A stretch of 64,000 nt of DNA from Octopus vulgaris. Its lineage: Eukaryota. Positions 26,317 through 40,064 of this stretch are shown piece by piece. Under the pieces are notes generated by a model. It made no database searches, was not told where the DNA came from, and was given only the letters and a program-made list of their open reading frames with translations. Each line of letters begins with the position of its first letter. Position 1 is the stretch's first letter. Where the stretch lies: contig OX597840.1 in assembly GCA_951406725.2 (NCBI GenBank), positions 36,766,001 through 36,830,000 on the forward strand. Direction: 5' to 3'. A program made the position numbers and the translations under genes.

Positions 26317-26717
26317 TGGAAGCACTCCGTCGGTTACGACGACGAGGGTTCCGGTTGATCCGATCAACGGAACAGCCTGCTCGTGAAATTAACGTGTAAG
26401 TGGCTGAGCACTCCACAGACACGTGTACCCTTAACGTAGTTCTCGGGGATATTCAGCGTGACACAGAGAGTGACAAGGCCGGCCCCTTGAAATACAGGTA
26501 CAACAGAAAAAAGAAGTAAGAGAGAGAGAGAGAGAGAGAGAGAGAAAGTTGTGGTGAAAGAGTACAGCAGGGATCACCACCATCCCCTGCCGGAGCCTCG
26601 TGGAGCTTTAGGTGTTTTCGCTCAATAAACACTCACAACGCCCGGTCTGGGAATCGAAACCGCGATCCTACGACCGCGAGTCCGCTGCCCTAACCACTGG
26701 GCCATTGCGCCTCCACA
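26317..26717 (-). mobile_element. Full-length tRNA-derived SINE, family C, with 12-bp target-site duplication
   Basis: Head (minus) GGAGGCGCAATGGCCCAGTGGTTAGGGCAGCGGACTCGCGGTCGTAGGATCGCGGTTTCGATTCCC with A and B boxes; AGTTTCCTACAT at 26305-26316 and 26718-26729. Confidence 0.92.
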
Positions 26718-27159
26718 AGTTTCCTACATAGGTACATTTAGACACACCCTGTAAATTATAAGGGATGGTAACGACTGGAACGCCTTTCATAATAGCTCAG
26801 CAAAATGAAACTCAACAAAAGGTTAAATGACAACAAAAATTATTTGGAACTTAGCTGTCGGTGATCAAGCACACGAACCACGGAACACGGATGATGGCCC
26901 CTACCCCGCCGCCTCTGTAGTCTGACTGAATCACAATTTATGCAGTCGTTCGATTTGCAATGCTTTCTTCTCTCACAAGAGTTTTGTTACCTGAAGGGTA
27001 AGTTGATTTCTCAGGAGGGGCATGGCTAGCGGGCTGAGAGAATTTTGCGAAAGTGGAAAATGAAGTTTAGCGAAAGCAAAAGCAAACTCTCTTGTGAGAA
27101 ACTGTCTCCCAACACATCTCCATTCCACAACGAAATCTCGCCTTAAGAAACTAAAGTGT

Positions 27160-27183
27160 AAACACGTGTATACATGTATACAT

Positions 27184-27216
<33 letters not shown>

Positions 27217-27470
27217 CATACGTACACATATATATATACATATATATACATACGTACACATATATATATACATATATATACATGCATATATTATACATTT
27301 ATATATACATACATACATACATATGCATATATTATACATATATATATATACATACATACATATATATGCATATATATGCATATATTATACATATATATAT
27401 ACATATATACATACATATATATGCATATATTATACATATATATGCATATGTATACATATATATGCATATG

Positions 27471-27502
<32 letters not shown>

Positions 27503-27850
27503 CATATACATATATATATATACATATACATATACATATATACATATATATATACATATATATATACATATATATATATACATATATATATATATACATA
27601 AATATACATACATGTATATATACATACATACATAAATATACATACATGCATATATACATACATACATAAATATACATACATGCATATATACATACATACA
27701 TAAATATACATACATGCATATATACATACATAAATATACATACATGCATATATACATACATACAAATACATACATACCTACATAAATATACATACATACA
27801 TATATACATACATGCATACATACATATATATACACACATATATACATACT
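27160..27850. repeat. Compound TA/TACA microsatellite
   Basis: Direct reading. Confidence 0.9.
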
Positions 27851-29047
27851 GATATGAGAGAATAAACCTCTCCAAATAAACAATGAAAAAGAAGATAAAG
27901 AAATTACTGAAACTGGCAGAAACGAATGAATAAAAGAAGGACTGATTAGTACGAAGAAGCCACTTAGGCAGCCATCAAAGACATTTAGCATATCTGCGTG
28001 TTGTTGTTGTTGTTGTTGTTGATGTTCTTCATAACGTGCGTTGTCCTCATTGTTGTTGTTGTTGGTTGTTTTTGTTTTTCAAGATAGGTTTCCAGATCAG
28101 TATTTTTCTTCAAATAAAATTTCTGTTTGGGATTTCAGTTAACTTCATTTTCTCTCTCATTACAGTGAAATGAAATATATAAAAATGCTGGAGAAGGATA
28201 ATAGGAAAGAAAGAAGGAAAGAAAAACACTAGAAACCGGCAACAATAACAACTACAACAAAAACAACAGTCTCCGAACAACAACAACAACAAGGAAGGAA
28301 GCAAACCCTACAAGCAAAAGTCTGTTTGGTGCATTGTCAGAAGGAACGGTGGCATTTCAGATGGAAATTCATTTGTCACAAAATAACATTTCAAATTCTT
28401 ATTTTTACTATGGGAATACAAGGTTTCTTTAAGCATTTAGAATTTATCTGAACGAACAAACATAGAAAACAGACACACACACACGTTTTCTTACACACAC
28501 ATTGCAAAAAACATATGACATACGAACACGCACAAGTAAAAACAGAAATCAGTGAAACTGGTATCGAGATAGTTATGTACGCAAGGAAATCTACTTGTTG
28601 TTCGATACCTATTCTTTGGTAAAAGTAAAACGGTGACGAATTGTTTGAGGATTTTATAGAATCATAACAACTTATGGAAAATGTATATTTTGGGTCTTTT
28701 GCAAAATATATTTTCTACACATTGGTGAAGTTTATACACCGACTTCGTCCTTTTCCATTCCCACAACACAAAAGGTCATTAATTAGAAGAATCTAGACAA
28801 GACAGAGTACAAAAATATTTGGTGAATTGGGTTTATGTTTTACAGTTCTTTACTAATTTTTGTATCCGTAAATGTTTGCTTATTAACTTCATTGAACGAA
28901 GGAATTAAATTCGCGCATAGTGAAAACCTAAAACCTAAAATAATTATCATTATTTTAATTAAATAAGAACCCTAATCTTTCACTCACCAAATTCTTAACA
29001 ATAAAAAATATATTCTTTAATCTTTTCAGCTGACATTTCTCATTATT

Positions 29048-29370
29048 ATACCAGGTTGAAGAAAAAGTTCGTGCGCCGTATTAAAATAATGATTTTATGC
29101 AAGAATTTATTCAAAAACAACAACAAATAATTCTTCAAAATAAAGACCATCATTTTTCTCGACCTTCTGCCAAGGATCTGCAAGCTTTCAGATTTGGTCA
29201 AAGTACCAATCCTTCGGCTTTGAATCCCAAAATTCTTGACAGGCCTTCTTCAACTTCATTGAATGACTAAAATCGGCGACCTTTCAGAAAGTGCTGCATT
29301 GATCGGAAGAGACCGGAGTCAGATGGAGCAACAACTGGGACTATAGGCTGGATACGGCAGAACTTCCACA
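29048..29370 (-). mobile_element. mariner transposon 3' relic with terminal inverted repeat
   Basis: EVLPYPAYSP / VAPSDSGLFRSMQHFLKGRRF / KLADPWQKVEKNDGLYFEE*; end TA-CCAGGTTGAAGAAAAAGTTCG; adjoined by SINE B. Confidence 0.85.
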
Positions 29371-29371
29371 T

Positions 29372-29508
29372 AAGAACTTATTTAATCGACCCTGATAGGA
29401 TGAAAGGTAAAGTCTACCTCGGCGGAATTTGAACTCAGAACATAACGGCAGACGAAATACGGCTACGCATTTCGCCCGGTGTGCTAACGTTTCTGCCATC
29501 TCACCACC
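29372..29508 (-). mobile_element. SINE family B, 3'-truncated
   Basis: GGATGAAAGGTAAAGTCTACCTCGGCGGAATTTGAACTCAGAAC...TTCTGCCATCTCACCACC. Confidence 0.85.
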
Positions 29509-29769
29509 TTCATTCCCCCATAATGTCAATAAAACCGAATGTTCTCTCCGTAAACTGGAAACTCCTCCCACTTGTACGTTTCGAATAAGATTCCCTTGCT
29601 TCGTTTTATCCAATCAGCGCCTCTTGTGCTATTACAATTACTCCAGTATATCATTAGAAAGAATTTTTTTATGTTCCATTCTTCGACTTTCGGAAACGAG
29701 AACCGCAAAGAGTCGGTTTGTTACGTTTCAACTTCCAAAACACCCACCGAAACACCTCCACACCGACAC

Positions 29770-29789
29770 CCACATACATACATATGTGC

Positions 29790-29846
<57 letters not shown>

Positions 29847-30320
29847 GGTGTGTGGATGTTTGTGTGCGTGTATATATATATATATATACAGACACACACA
29901 TATATATATACATACACATACATATATACATATATACATACATACACATATATATATACATACACATATATATATACATATATACATACATACACATATA
30001 TATATACATACACATATATATATACATATATACATACATACACATATATATATACATACACATATATATATACATATATACATACATACACATATATATA
30101 TATATATACATATATACATACATACACATATATACATACATACACATATATATATATATACATATATACATACATACACATATATACATACATACACATA
30201 TATATATATATATATACATATATACATACATACACATATATATATGTATATATGTATGTATGCATGTATCTATCTGTCTGTCTGTCTGTCTGTCTCTCTA
30301 TCTATCTATCTTTATATATA
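29770..30320. repeat. Compound TA/TACA micro/minisatellite
   Basis: Direct reading. Confidence 0.9.
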
Positions 30321-30605
30321 TGCGTGTGTGTGTATAAATGTTTTTGCTTGTGTAAGTGTGTGTGTGTATGTGTGTTCACATAGTAATGAAACATCAAAAA
30401 CACCATTATTAGCTATTTATTTGTCACGAGAGAAATCAGGAAAAAATAGCAGTTAAAAAAATGACCAAATAAAACATACACACACACATACTCACAGATA
30501 GATACACGCACACACATATTTGTTCATACATACGTACATACATACATACATACACATGTACACACACACACATATATACATATATATATACCCGCACACA
30601 TATAT

Positions 30606-30666
<61 letters not shown>

Positions 30667-31689
30667 TATATAACTGTATATATGTGAGTGTGCATGTATA
30701 TATCAGTGCATGTGTTAGTCTTTGTATGTGTTTCTATATACATGTTTCGATGTGAACGCGTGTATTACTATGATTGTATTACACAATCATACGCACACTC
30801 ACTCACACGAACACACATATAAGTATATATATATATGTGTGTGTGTGTATGTAAGACTATGTATTTACTTTTATCTCTATGTGTGTGTATAAATGGGTGT
30901 GTAGTTAGTGAGTTGTTCTTATCAATTGTTAGCGTTTTAAGAAAGGTTTACGGTTCAGGTTTTATTAGGAAATTTCTTAACATTTCATTAAAAACTAAAA
31001 ACTAAAAAACAACCACATTTTCTGCCATTATCGTAAAATAAATTATAAAGAAATGTAGAAGGATTTTCGAAAAGAATTAAGGAAAGCCACACGACAGCAA
31101 AAACAACAACAACAACCACGTCCAGTATAGCAAACAGAACAGCCAACCCCACAAACAATAGGCTGTGTGATGTATTGTCAAAAGTAAAGGTGACAATGTG
31201 AGAACATTTTTCTACAGAAATTCAGTTATCAGAAAATAACATTTCAACTTTTTGTTGTTATCGTTGGAGGGTTGGGGAACGGCTTCCAGCGTTTCAAATG
31301 TATCGGAATCAACTAATAAATATCACACAAAACGCACATATACGCGTATGTACACAATCATTCTTACACGCAGAAGTGTATAATTGTCTCATAAAGACAC
31401 AAATTAAACGAAAACGCACAGCGTATTGCATATACACACATTAACATATAATTTAAAACAAGCATATACGTATATGTGTGTGTGTGTATGTATGCGGTGG
31501 AGGCGAGATTTAGCATTAAGCAATGGCGGCTATTTTGCTGATTGGTATAGCTCTCAGGAATTTAACACAACATGGCGGTTGTAAACGACAGCAATAGTCC
31601 AGACGACTGAGAAGAAATGTCCTCTGTTGAAGAACAAATATATCCTCTTATAGAAGTCCATCAGAATTCATTTTGCCAGTGGTCTAAAC

Positions 31690-31862
31690 AGCATTATCGA
31701 GTCGCCTCGAAATGAGGAGTAGAAGCACAGCTGACAACTGATGAAGGGTCGCTTTTTATGTTACTTGACTTGTTTTCCATTCGTTTCTCTCGTTTTTTTT
31801 TGTCGCACTCAACGTTATTTTCGTATTTCATGCTTGCTTACGTTTTTCTGACGACTTGTACC
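31690..31862 (+). mobile_element. Dispersed repeat containing CAACTGATGAAGGGTC (second copy at 48300-48470, minus)
   Basis: CAGCTGACAACTGATGAAGGGTCGCTTTTTATGTTACTTG vs reverse complement of CAAGCAACATAAAGAACGACCCTTCATCAGTTGTTGGCTG. Confidence 0.65.
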
Positions 31863-31921
31863 AATATATGCATAGCTATATACATATATACGTATGTTTG
31901 TACACATGTGTGTCTATTTAT

Positions 31922-32003
<82 letters not shown>

Positions 32004-32141
32004 GTATGCATGCATGTAAAAACACGAAGACGAGATAAAAATCACCCAAAGTAGGTTTACGGCCGGGAAAATTAGATGTCCATTATGTTTCGTGCAAAAC
32101 TCTCTTCTATACAAAGAATTGACGCGCACAATCTACAAGTG

Positions 32142-32194
<53 letters not shown>

Positions 32195-32529
32195 TAAAAG
32201 TCTATCTATCTATCTATCTATCTATCTATTTGTCTATCTATCTATACAGTTTAGTATCCATTAAATTAAAATCAAGGACAAAAGCCCTCCATCCAGTGAA
32301 GGATAAATATAACAGAATGCGCACCGTAGAAAGATGCTAAACACTAAGAGTTACTTGCAGGGAAGACCCGAGTCTAAGAAGGTTTTTATAAAACTCCTAA
32401 TCTACAGGCCCTGCACACATACATTTATTTGTATGTATGCATGCGTGTGCATATGTATATATATATATATGATATTATACACACACACACATATATATAA
32501 ATGGGTAGGTAAGTAGGTAGATAAATATA

Positions 32530-32760
32530 TATTTCTTTACTACCCACAAGGGGCTAAACACAGCGGGGACAAACAAGGACAGACAAACGGATTAAGTCGA
32601 TTATATTGACCCCAGTGCGTAACTGGTACTTAATTTATCGACCACGAACGGATGAAAGGCAAAGTCAACCTCGGCGGAATTTGAACTCAGAACGTAACGG
32701 CAGACGAAATACGGCTACGCATTTCGCCCGGCGTGCTAACGTTTCTACCAGCTCGCCGCC
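32530..32760 (-). mobile_element. SINE family B, full length, young
   Basis: Highly similar to the reverse complement of 36606-36837; head GGCGGCGAGCTGG..GAGTTCAAATTCC. Confidence 0.92.
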
Positions 32761-33459
32761 TTAAAATATAGGTAGGGAGATAAATATAGGTTTACGTGAC
32801 ACATTCTCCTCCATCAAAATCAAAGGAAAAAAACAATATAAAATGAAACAAAGCGTTAAAGCCTGCTCCCGTGGAAGATTTGAAACTGAAACATCACTTT
32901 TCACGGGGGCACTCGAATGTGTGGCGTTAAATTACGAAATGAAAGAAAGAATATAAGAGAAAAACCAAAACAAAATGATAAAACTGATAACGAGCATCCA
33001 TATCAGTAGATATTAATAAATTATAACTAATTAAGCACAAAAAGTCATTAGGTAGGGAATAAATGGAGAAGTTTGGGTTAATAAGTAATTATGATGGTAA
33101 TGGCGATTTATAATGATTTTTATGATAATGATGATGATGATGGTGGTGATGATGATATGCAAAGAGATATTGATGACGATGACAATATCATGACGAAGAT
33201 GATGATGATATCGATGGTGATGGTGGCCGTCATTCAGAAAGATGATGCTATCGATAGGTGTGGTGGTGGTGGTGGTGGTGACGACGTTGAAGAGATTCTG
33301 TACGTCCATCTCCACGGATTTTCCGAAGCTTTGGTCACAGATTCTTCTTCTTATTATTATTATCATTATTATTATTATCGCTTCGGAAATAAGTAACAGT
33401 CAAGTCAATCTAATTAACCGGTACCACTACTTAAACTGCTGACGTGGAAGCAATTATTA

Positions 33460-33493
<34 letters not shown>

Positions 33494-34310
33494 ACTTAGA
33501 AGATGGAGAGAGAGAGAGCGAGAGAGATGGAGAGATGGAGAGACTGAGCGTGAGAGAATGGAACAAAAGCTAAGATGCTAGGAAGCAAACATATAAAATA
33601 ATATTCGAAACTGAGAAATTCTTGGAAATGTCACATGATTTTTGCAGAATAGTTTACGACTTAAAAGATTTTTAGCTGTCAAAAATATTTGCAGTGGCAG
33701 AACTGAACACTGAAATTCAATTATAAGCGATTGTATTACACAGCTAAATTGTCTAAAGTGTTTGTTAATATTCGGTGTTACGCAAGTAATTTGTTGCAGA
33801 AATGTGATAATGGTGCCGTGTTGAGCAGTCATACCATATTCCATGTGTTGTCAAAGACAATTTGGAATTATATAGTTTCAGTGAATAAGCTGAGTACACA
33901 CAAATTCACACACACACATACACACACACACACACACACACAATGCCAATAATGTATATGCAAGCCTGCTTATATAAATGCTTATGCCTGTTTTTCCGCA
34001 TGGAGAATGTATTTACAGGGAGAAAATATTCTGTGGAGATGATGAGCCACGATCGAAACAATTAACTCTGCGCAATATTAACACAGAAAACACTATGTGT
34101 GGATATTCATTATTGCACACATGCACACACACACACATACACACACATACACGCACACACACACATATATATGCACGTGAGCGTATTGATATACAAAAAT
34201 AGATCATATATATATATACATATATACAAAATGCACACACGCACACAAATGCGCATTCCAGCACATTTTCTTTCCCGTTATCACACTCACCCACTCCACA
34301 CACATGCGCG

Positions 34311-34343
<33 letters not shown>

Positions 34344-35461
34344 TCAAACCGTTTTCTGAGTCGAGTCTTTATACCCCGATATCTAAGTTCAAATCTTTTG
34401 ATAAAGTGAACCTTCTAAGGTCTAATTGGAGTGTTTCCTCGTTTGACAGTCACTGCCAAAATGCCGTGTGTTATCGCGGAAGAATAGGGCCGAAATACAT
34501 CATTCAACCGGAGGGCATCGACTTGGAGCAGCTTTGGTCATTGCTAAATTCATAAATATAATGAAAGATATTCCAGCCATGACCACTTCTTTTACATATA
34601 TTTTCTGCATAGATGTGACCAGAAGAGAGAGAAAGGGAGGAAAAGAGAGAGAGAGAAAGGGAGCGGGAGAGAGAGAGTGAGAGAGAAAGAGAGGGAGAGA
34701 GTGTTCAATCCCCTTTCCGTTTCGGTACTCTTGTTCCTCTGAGGAATCTGAAATGACGCGAAATGAAGTAGAATGGCCCAGGACTCAACACATAACCCAT
34801 TCGAAACCGCGATCTCATATCCATTTGCCTACATGTACACATATATATATATACTCACATACTGACTTTAGGGTTAAGTATGGTATTAGGTAGGGTATGT
34901 GTGTATGTGTGTGTGTATGTGTGTGTACGTGTGTGTGTGTGTACGCAGAACTGCCTATGTCCGTGAATTATGCGTTTGTGTTCGTTGTAAATTCATTTAC
35001 CGAAAACGGTTTCTTTCTAATAATTCCGTTCTTGCAACACCATGATGTAATCCTGTCATAACACGCATATGTATGTATTTATATATGCATGTTTATATAT
35101 AACTATTCACTCTCTCTCACCACACACACACACGCACAAACATGTGTAGAAGAATGATGGAAGACTTCCGGCAAGTCATGTCTGCAACAGAAGTACAGTT
35201 TCATTTCAGAAATCTCACTTCCGTTTCGTACCGCAGGTTGTACTATCAATGAATGATCTGTGCAGAAATGTTCTGCTTCAGGTTTCTTTGTCTTTAACGG
35301 CCTAAATATAGATGATGTACTCCAGGCTGTTGTACCCCTCTTACGTTCTATGCAAGCGAATTCTTTGTTGAGTAATTGCCAAGATATTATATATTTAAAA
35401 AGTAAACGACAGAGGTTAATAACTGAGAGATGCTATCTGCATTGTAAAGCAATTCAGAAAG

Positions 35462-35533
<72 letters not shown>

Positions 35534-36379
35534 AACACACACACACACACGCGCGTGTTTAATAAATATTATTGTAAAGTACAGAGTGAATTCACAATAA
35601 TTAAAATGCAACTTAAAATGCTTGGCTTTGTCACTCAAAGCAGATGTGGATTCCTGTCATAATTAGCTGACACGAAAAGTGTAAGAAGAAAAATATCTGT
35701 TGCATTGATACTTATTTAGAGATTCGGAGTAAATGTAATTGAACTTTTTGAATTTATCAAAGATTTTGTATATATATAAGATAAGAACATAATCATAAAA
35801 ATGGTTATATCAGTGACCTAGCACATAAAAATGACCGTGTAGGTAACATTAATTATTTTACGTATATGATTATAGAGATATATTTATAGTTAAGGATTAC
35901 TTTGAGTGGATTGTAGGTATTTGACATTTACTTCTAGCATAGGCGCATGTCATTTCAAGTAGCCCTTAACTATAATTATATACGCCATACATACACACAC
36001 ATATATATATATATGTATGTATATAGCATCCACACATACATACATATATGTATGTATGTATATAGCGTCCAATAACACTATACTTGTTCCACGTCCTCGC
36101 GTTGTTGTGTTTTCTCTTTGTGTTTTCATGTTTGTATTAACTATATATATATATATATATATATACATAAACAAGAGCACACTCACGCACACACACTCGT
36201 ATACACACATATAAAGACATAGATTACATATGTTGGATGTATGTGTGCATGTTATCAACAGCATACCTGGATACAACTCACTCATCAAGAACTCACTACT
36301 TGAATGCACCACCTGATAGGATGATCTAAATCCTGTTTCAGTCAAGTTTTGTTTATGGTCCATTCAAGTTGTGAGTTCT

Positions 36380-36880
36380 TGTTGAGTGAGTCGTATCCAG
36401 GTATGGGTGGCTGATCCGGTACTCCTTGATCTCTTTCGGGACAATGTTAAACAGTGCAGGGCCTGTTGAGGAGAAGTTGCAGTGTACCTATATGCTGTGA
36501 CCCTGAATTGGACAGGGGACGTATGGCCCGTGGTCCCAGCCTTGGATGAACCTTGAAACTAATGTTCAGGTCGTTTGGGCAATGTTGGTGGTATATTCTC
36601 CACATAGGGCGGCGAGCTGGCAGAAACGTTAGCGTGCCGGCGAAATGCTTCGTGGCATTTCGGCTGCCGTTACGTTGTGAGTTCAAATTCCGCCGAGGTC
36701 GACTTTGCCTTTCATCCTTTCGGGGTCGATAAATTAAGTACCAGTTACGCACTGGGGTCGATGTAATCGACTTAATACCTATGTCTGTCCTTGTTTGTCC
36801 CCTCTATGTTTAGCCCCTTGTGGGTAGTAAAGAAATAGGTATATTCTCCACATCGTACAAATGATGTCCCGCTCATATTC
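36380..36880 (-). mobile_element. Decayed 3' fragment of a LINE related to 19526-21077, split by a SINE
   Basis: ERDIICTMWRIYHQHCPNDLNISFKVHPRLGPRAIRP vs RERYIICMMWKIFHQHCPNDVGITFKVHPRLGPRAIRP. Confidence 0.88.
36606..36837 (+). mobile_element. SINE family B, full length, 16-bp target-site duplication
   Basis: GGTATATTCTCCACAT at 36590-36605 and 36838-36853. Confidence 0.95.
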
Positions 36881-38374
36881 TTGTATTTTGCATGGCATAC
36901 ATAACAGACATTTGGCTGTTATTTCTAGCTGGCTTATCAACCGACAAGAGGCATCCTCGTTAGATCGATCAATATTATTATATATGGATCGAAAGGTAGA
37001 TTCTGACAAATATTGATAAATAATCTATTACAGGGATAAATATAATCTTCACCATCAAAAGAGATTTCATTGTGGAAAGTAAAAAAAATAAAAACATGAT
37101 AAAGATCAAAACTGGTAAAAAAAAAAACACAAAAAAAAACGAAGGGTAAAATTCGTACAAAAAGATTTCTTTTTTTAAATATATATTTTTTATTTTAAAT
37201 TTTTGTTTCGACAATTGTTCTACTTGTCAGCGACACTGGCATGCGATCCATCAGCTCGCTGATTCTGATATTGGATTTAGCCGTTGGAAATGGTAAAAGA
37301 GAAAATGAAGAAAGAAATGTTCTTTTGATAAGAAATTTCGCTGTGCAAAAAAAAACCCCCCCAAAAAATCAAAAATGGACCAAAAAGAAACAAAAACCAC
37401 AAAAACAAAAAAGCATTCCTTTACGCATGTATTTTTTTCTTAAATTCTTTATATTTTCTTTTGTTGTTGTTGTACGTGTAATTTTTTCCTATGTCATAAC
37501 AAGCTTCAGCAAGTAATTGATCGAAAGTCTTGTAGATAAACTCTTTGTTAAGAATTCGCTTCGTCTTTATTTGATGCTTGTTTTCTGAATTTTTATGTAT
37601 TTCTGTCTTATTTTTTTTTTGTTTTCTCAGAATTGACGGACGGTGGACATTTTCGAATCAATAAGTTCGTAGATCGATGTAACTTTTACGTGAAAGAACT
37701 ACGACAATAACTACTGCTACTACTGTTGCTACTACTACTACTACTGCTACTACTACTACTACAATCGACGACACCCCAGAGTTCCAAGTCATGATATCAC
37801 GCTATGTGATGCTTTGATATTTACTGCATAATCACTGATCCAACAGGGCAGGCATTAGCGCTTGTAAAGTTGGAGTTGGTATCAGCTTACATCTATATAC
37901 ATGCATACATTGTGTACACACACATAAATATACAGTTATATATTTGTGTGTGTATGCATACATATATACACATATATATCTATCTATTGATATATCTATC
38001 TATCTTATCTAGCTGGCTAGCAATCTAATACATACATATTTATATATGTATGATGGATTCCCTACTGGTATTCTGGTAATCGACGCATAACGGTCAAAGA
38101 ATTTTTCATTTTCTTTCCCTTTGTTTTTCTTCTCAGTACAATCTTGATGAAAAGTGGTCGAAGCAAATACTTTGGACAGCTTCAAGCGGTAAAGCCTTGC
38201 GAGGAACCATTCCCGCCTCTTCGTTTCTGCTGTTAACAATAGTTTCAGCAAGTATGCCACGTGACAGGCGATCAGCAGACTCCAGTTGTTTGGCCATTGA
38301 CTCTAACAACTGCCTCCGCCTTTCGACGGTTTATGCCTTTCATCTTGCAGGGTTCCGAATAACCTCTTTCCTCA

Positions 38375-38423
<49 letters not shown>

Positions 38424-38425
<2 letters not shown>

Positions 38426-38602
38426 AGCTCCTACACGCATTTTTTTCTCTCCTTGTTTTTTTCTCTATATCTTTCTGTTGAAGAGCGTAGGCTCGAAACG
38501 TAAAAGACTTCTTTTATTTCTATTCCTGAGCGCCATACTAATACATTGTTTGTTTGTACTCCACCTGCCTTCGTCTTTTGTTTATTTTCGTAAACCTTCC
38601 CG

Positions 38603-38604
<2 letters not shown>
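38424..38604 (+). mobile_element. Short non-coding element in (TA)n carrying a hammerhead variant
   Basis: Bounded by (TA)n on both sides; partial minus-strand relative at 50445-50549. Confidence 0.75.
38470..38507 (+). ncRNA. Minimal type I hammerhead-like motif, core CUGUUGA
   Basis: TCTTT CTGTTGA A GAGC-GTAG-GCTC GAAAC GTA AAAGA. Confidence 0.7.
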
Positions 38605-38647
<43 letters not shown>

Positions 38648-38651
38648 CATA

Positions 38652-38946
38652 CACAGGGTTGCCCAAAAGTAGATTTACAGTTATCACGTAGGCACTTGAA
38701 ATTTTTTTTAAAAACATTTTATTACATTTAAATTTCTATCTTACAATCATATTGTTAATGCACATCTTAGACAGACAATTTTTAATCTCTCAGATGCTCA
38801 AAAAGTCCTCCTTCAACGCTGAAACATTCTTCAAACCTCTTCAGAACAATCTGACACACAACGCGGCACAAATTCCGATCTCCATCAATTTCAGTGAATG
38901 CTTCAGAAATGTAATCTTTTAATTCATTTGCTGTTTTTGGATTCTT
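38652..38946 (-). mobile_element. Tc1/mariner-superfamily transposon 3' relic with terminal inverted repeat
   Basis: KNPKTANELKDYISEAFTEID...VLKRFEECFSVEGGLFEHLRD*; end CAGGGTTGCCCAAAAGTAG. Confidence 0.75.
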
Positions 38947-38948
38947 GT

Positions 38949-39027
<79 letters not shown>

Positions 39028-40064
39028 TGCGTTTGTCCCTCACTACCGTGTGACAACTGGTGTTCGTGCGTATGTCCCCATAAACACACAATTAAAATTG
39101 TGTTTAATAAATATCATACTATACGTAAAGTTGCCATGGTTACTGGGAGATTGATTTTCTATTTAAAGAGCTGGGCGAACCGTTAAAAACTGCTGAGACC
39201 TATTCTTCTGACCAACAGATGAAGAGGTGGAGAGTCACGAAAGATTTTATCAGTGATGGTGCTATCCTTTAAAGCCTTTTAATAAAAGGAAGTGTTTTCA
39301 AATATTTCTCGAGATGAAGAAAAACACCTAATTCTGCGTATGTTGTAATAAGGCTTTACGGGATTAAAGGACTTCACTGATAAAATACTAATTATTTTCT
39401 ACACACCTAATTGTCGCCTCTTAATTAGTCTCTCTCTCTCTTATAAAATATGCTTGCTTACTAAAACATCGATTACTACGTCTACATCGCCTTCCTTTTA
39501 CCAGTTTTATAAATGGTAAAAGTCTGAGAAGATGTATTTCACGAGGCTTTTTGTGGCTTTTATTACAAAATATCAATACTTTGTTAACTAATCGAAAGCT
39601 ATACCACTGGTTGAACTCTATACCACACACAGAAACACACTCACACTCTCTCTCACACACACAAACACACATCATACATGCATGTTTATATATCATACAC
39701 ACATAATATATATATATATCATAGGCACAATACATGTTCTATGTGCTACTAATAGTATCTGCTGAGAACATGCCATAAAATGTATCATAATACGTCTGAC
39801 ATCTGGCACACTCATCAGGCACAGCCCACGTGGGAAAAGGAAGTAAGAGTTGAATGAGAGAAGAAAAGAGAAAATGCGGGATGAAAGTATGTAGAAAAAG
39901 TGGAAAGTTAAAAAAATCGGAGAACGAAAAAGTAATCAGGTAAAAGTAAAAGGGGGAAAGAGTTATCTCCCTTGGACCATAATTTATAAGGCTGGAAAAA
40001 TAGTGACTTAGATTTTTGGTACAAATTAATCCGATACAGGTGGAACATTATAATTCGTCAATAG

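Noticed and set aside
26640-26717. tRNA gene
   Set aside because: tRNA-like head of a SINE: continues into a body, is bounded by a target-site duplication and lacks a proper acceptor stem.
38050-38376. Polypyrimidine-AG ... GTAAAG candidate exon (YNLDEKWSKQILWTASS)
   Set aside because: Short, no homology recognised, no partner exons; equally compatible with old transposon debris.
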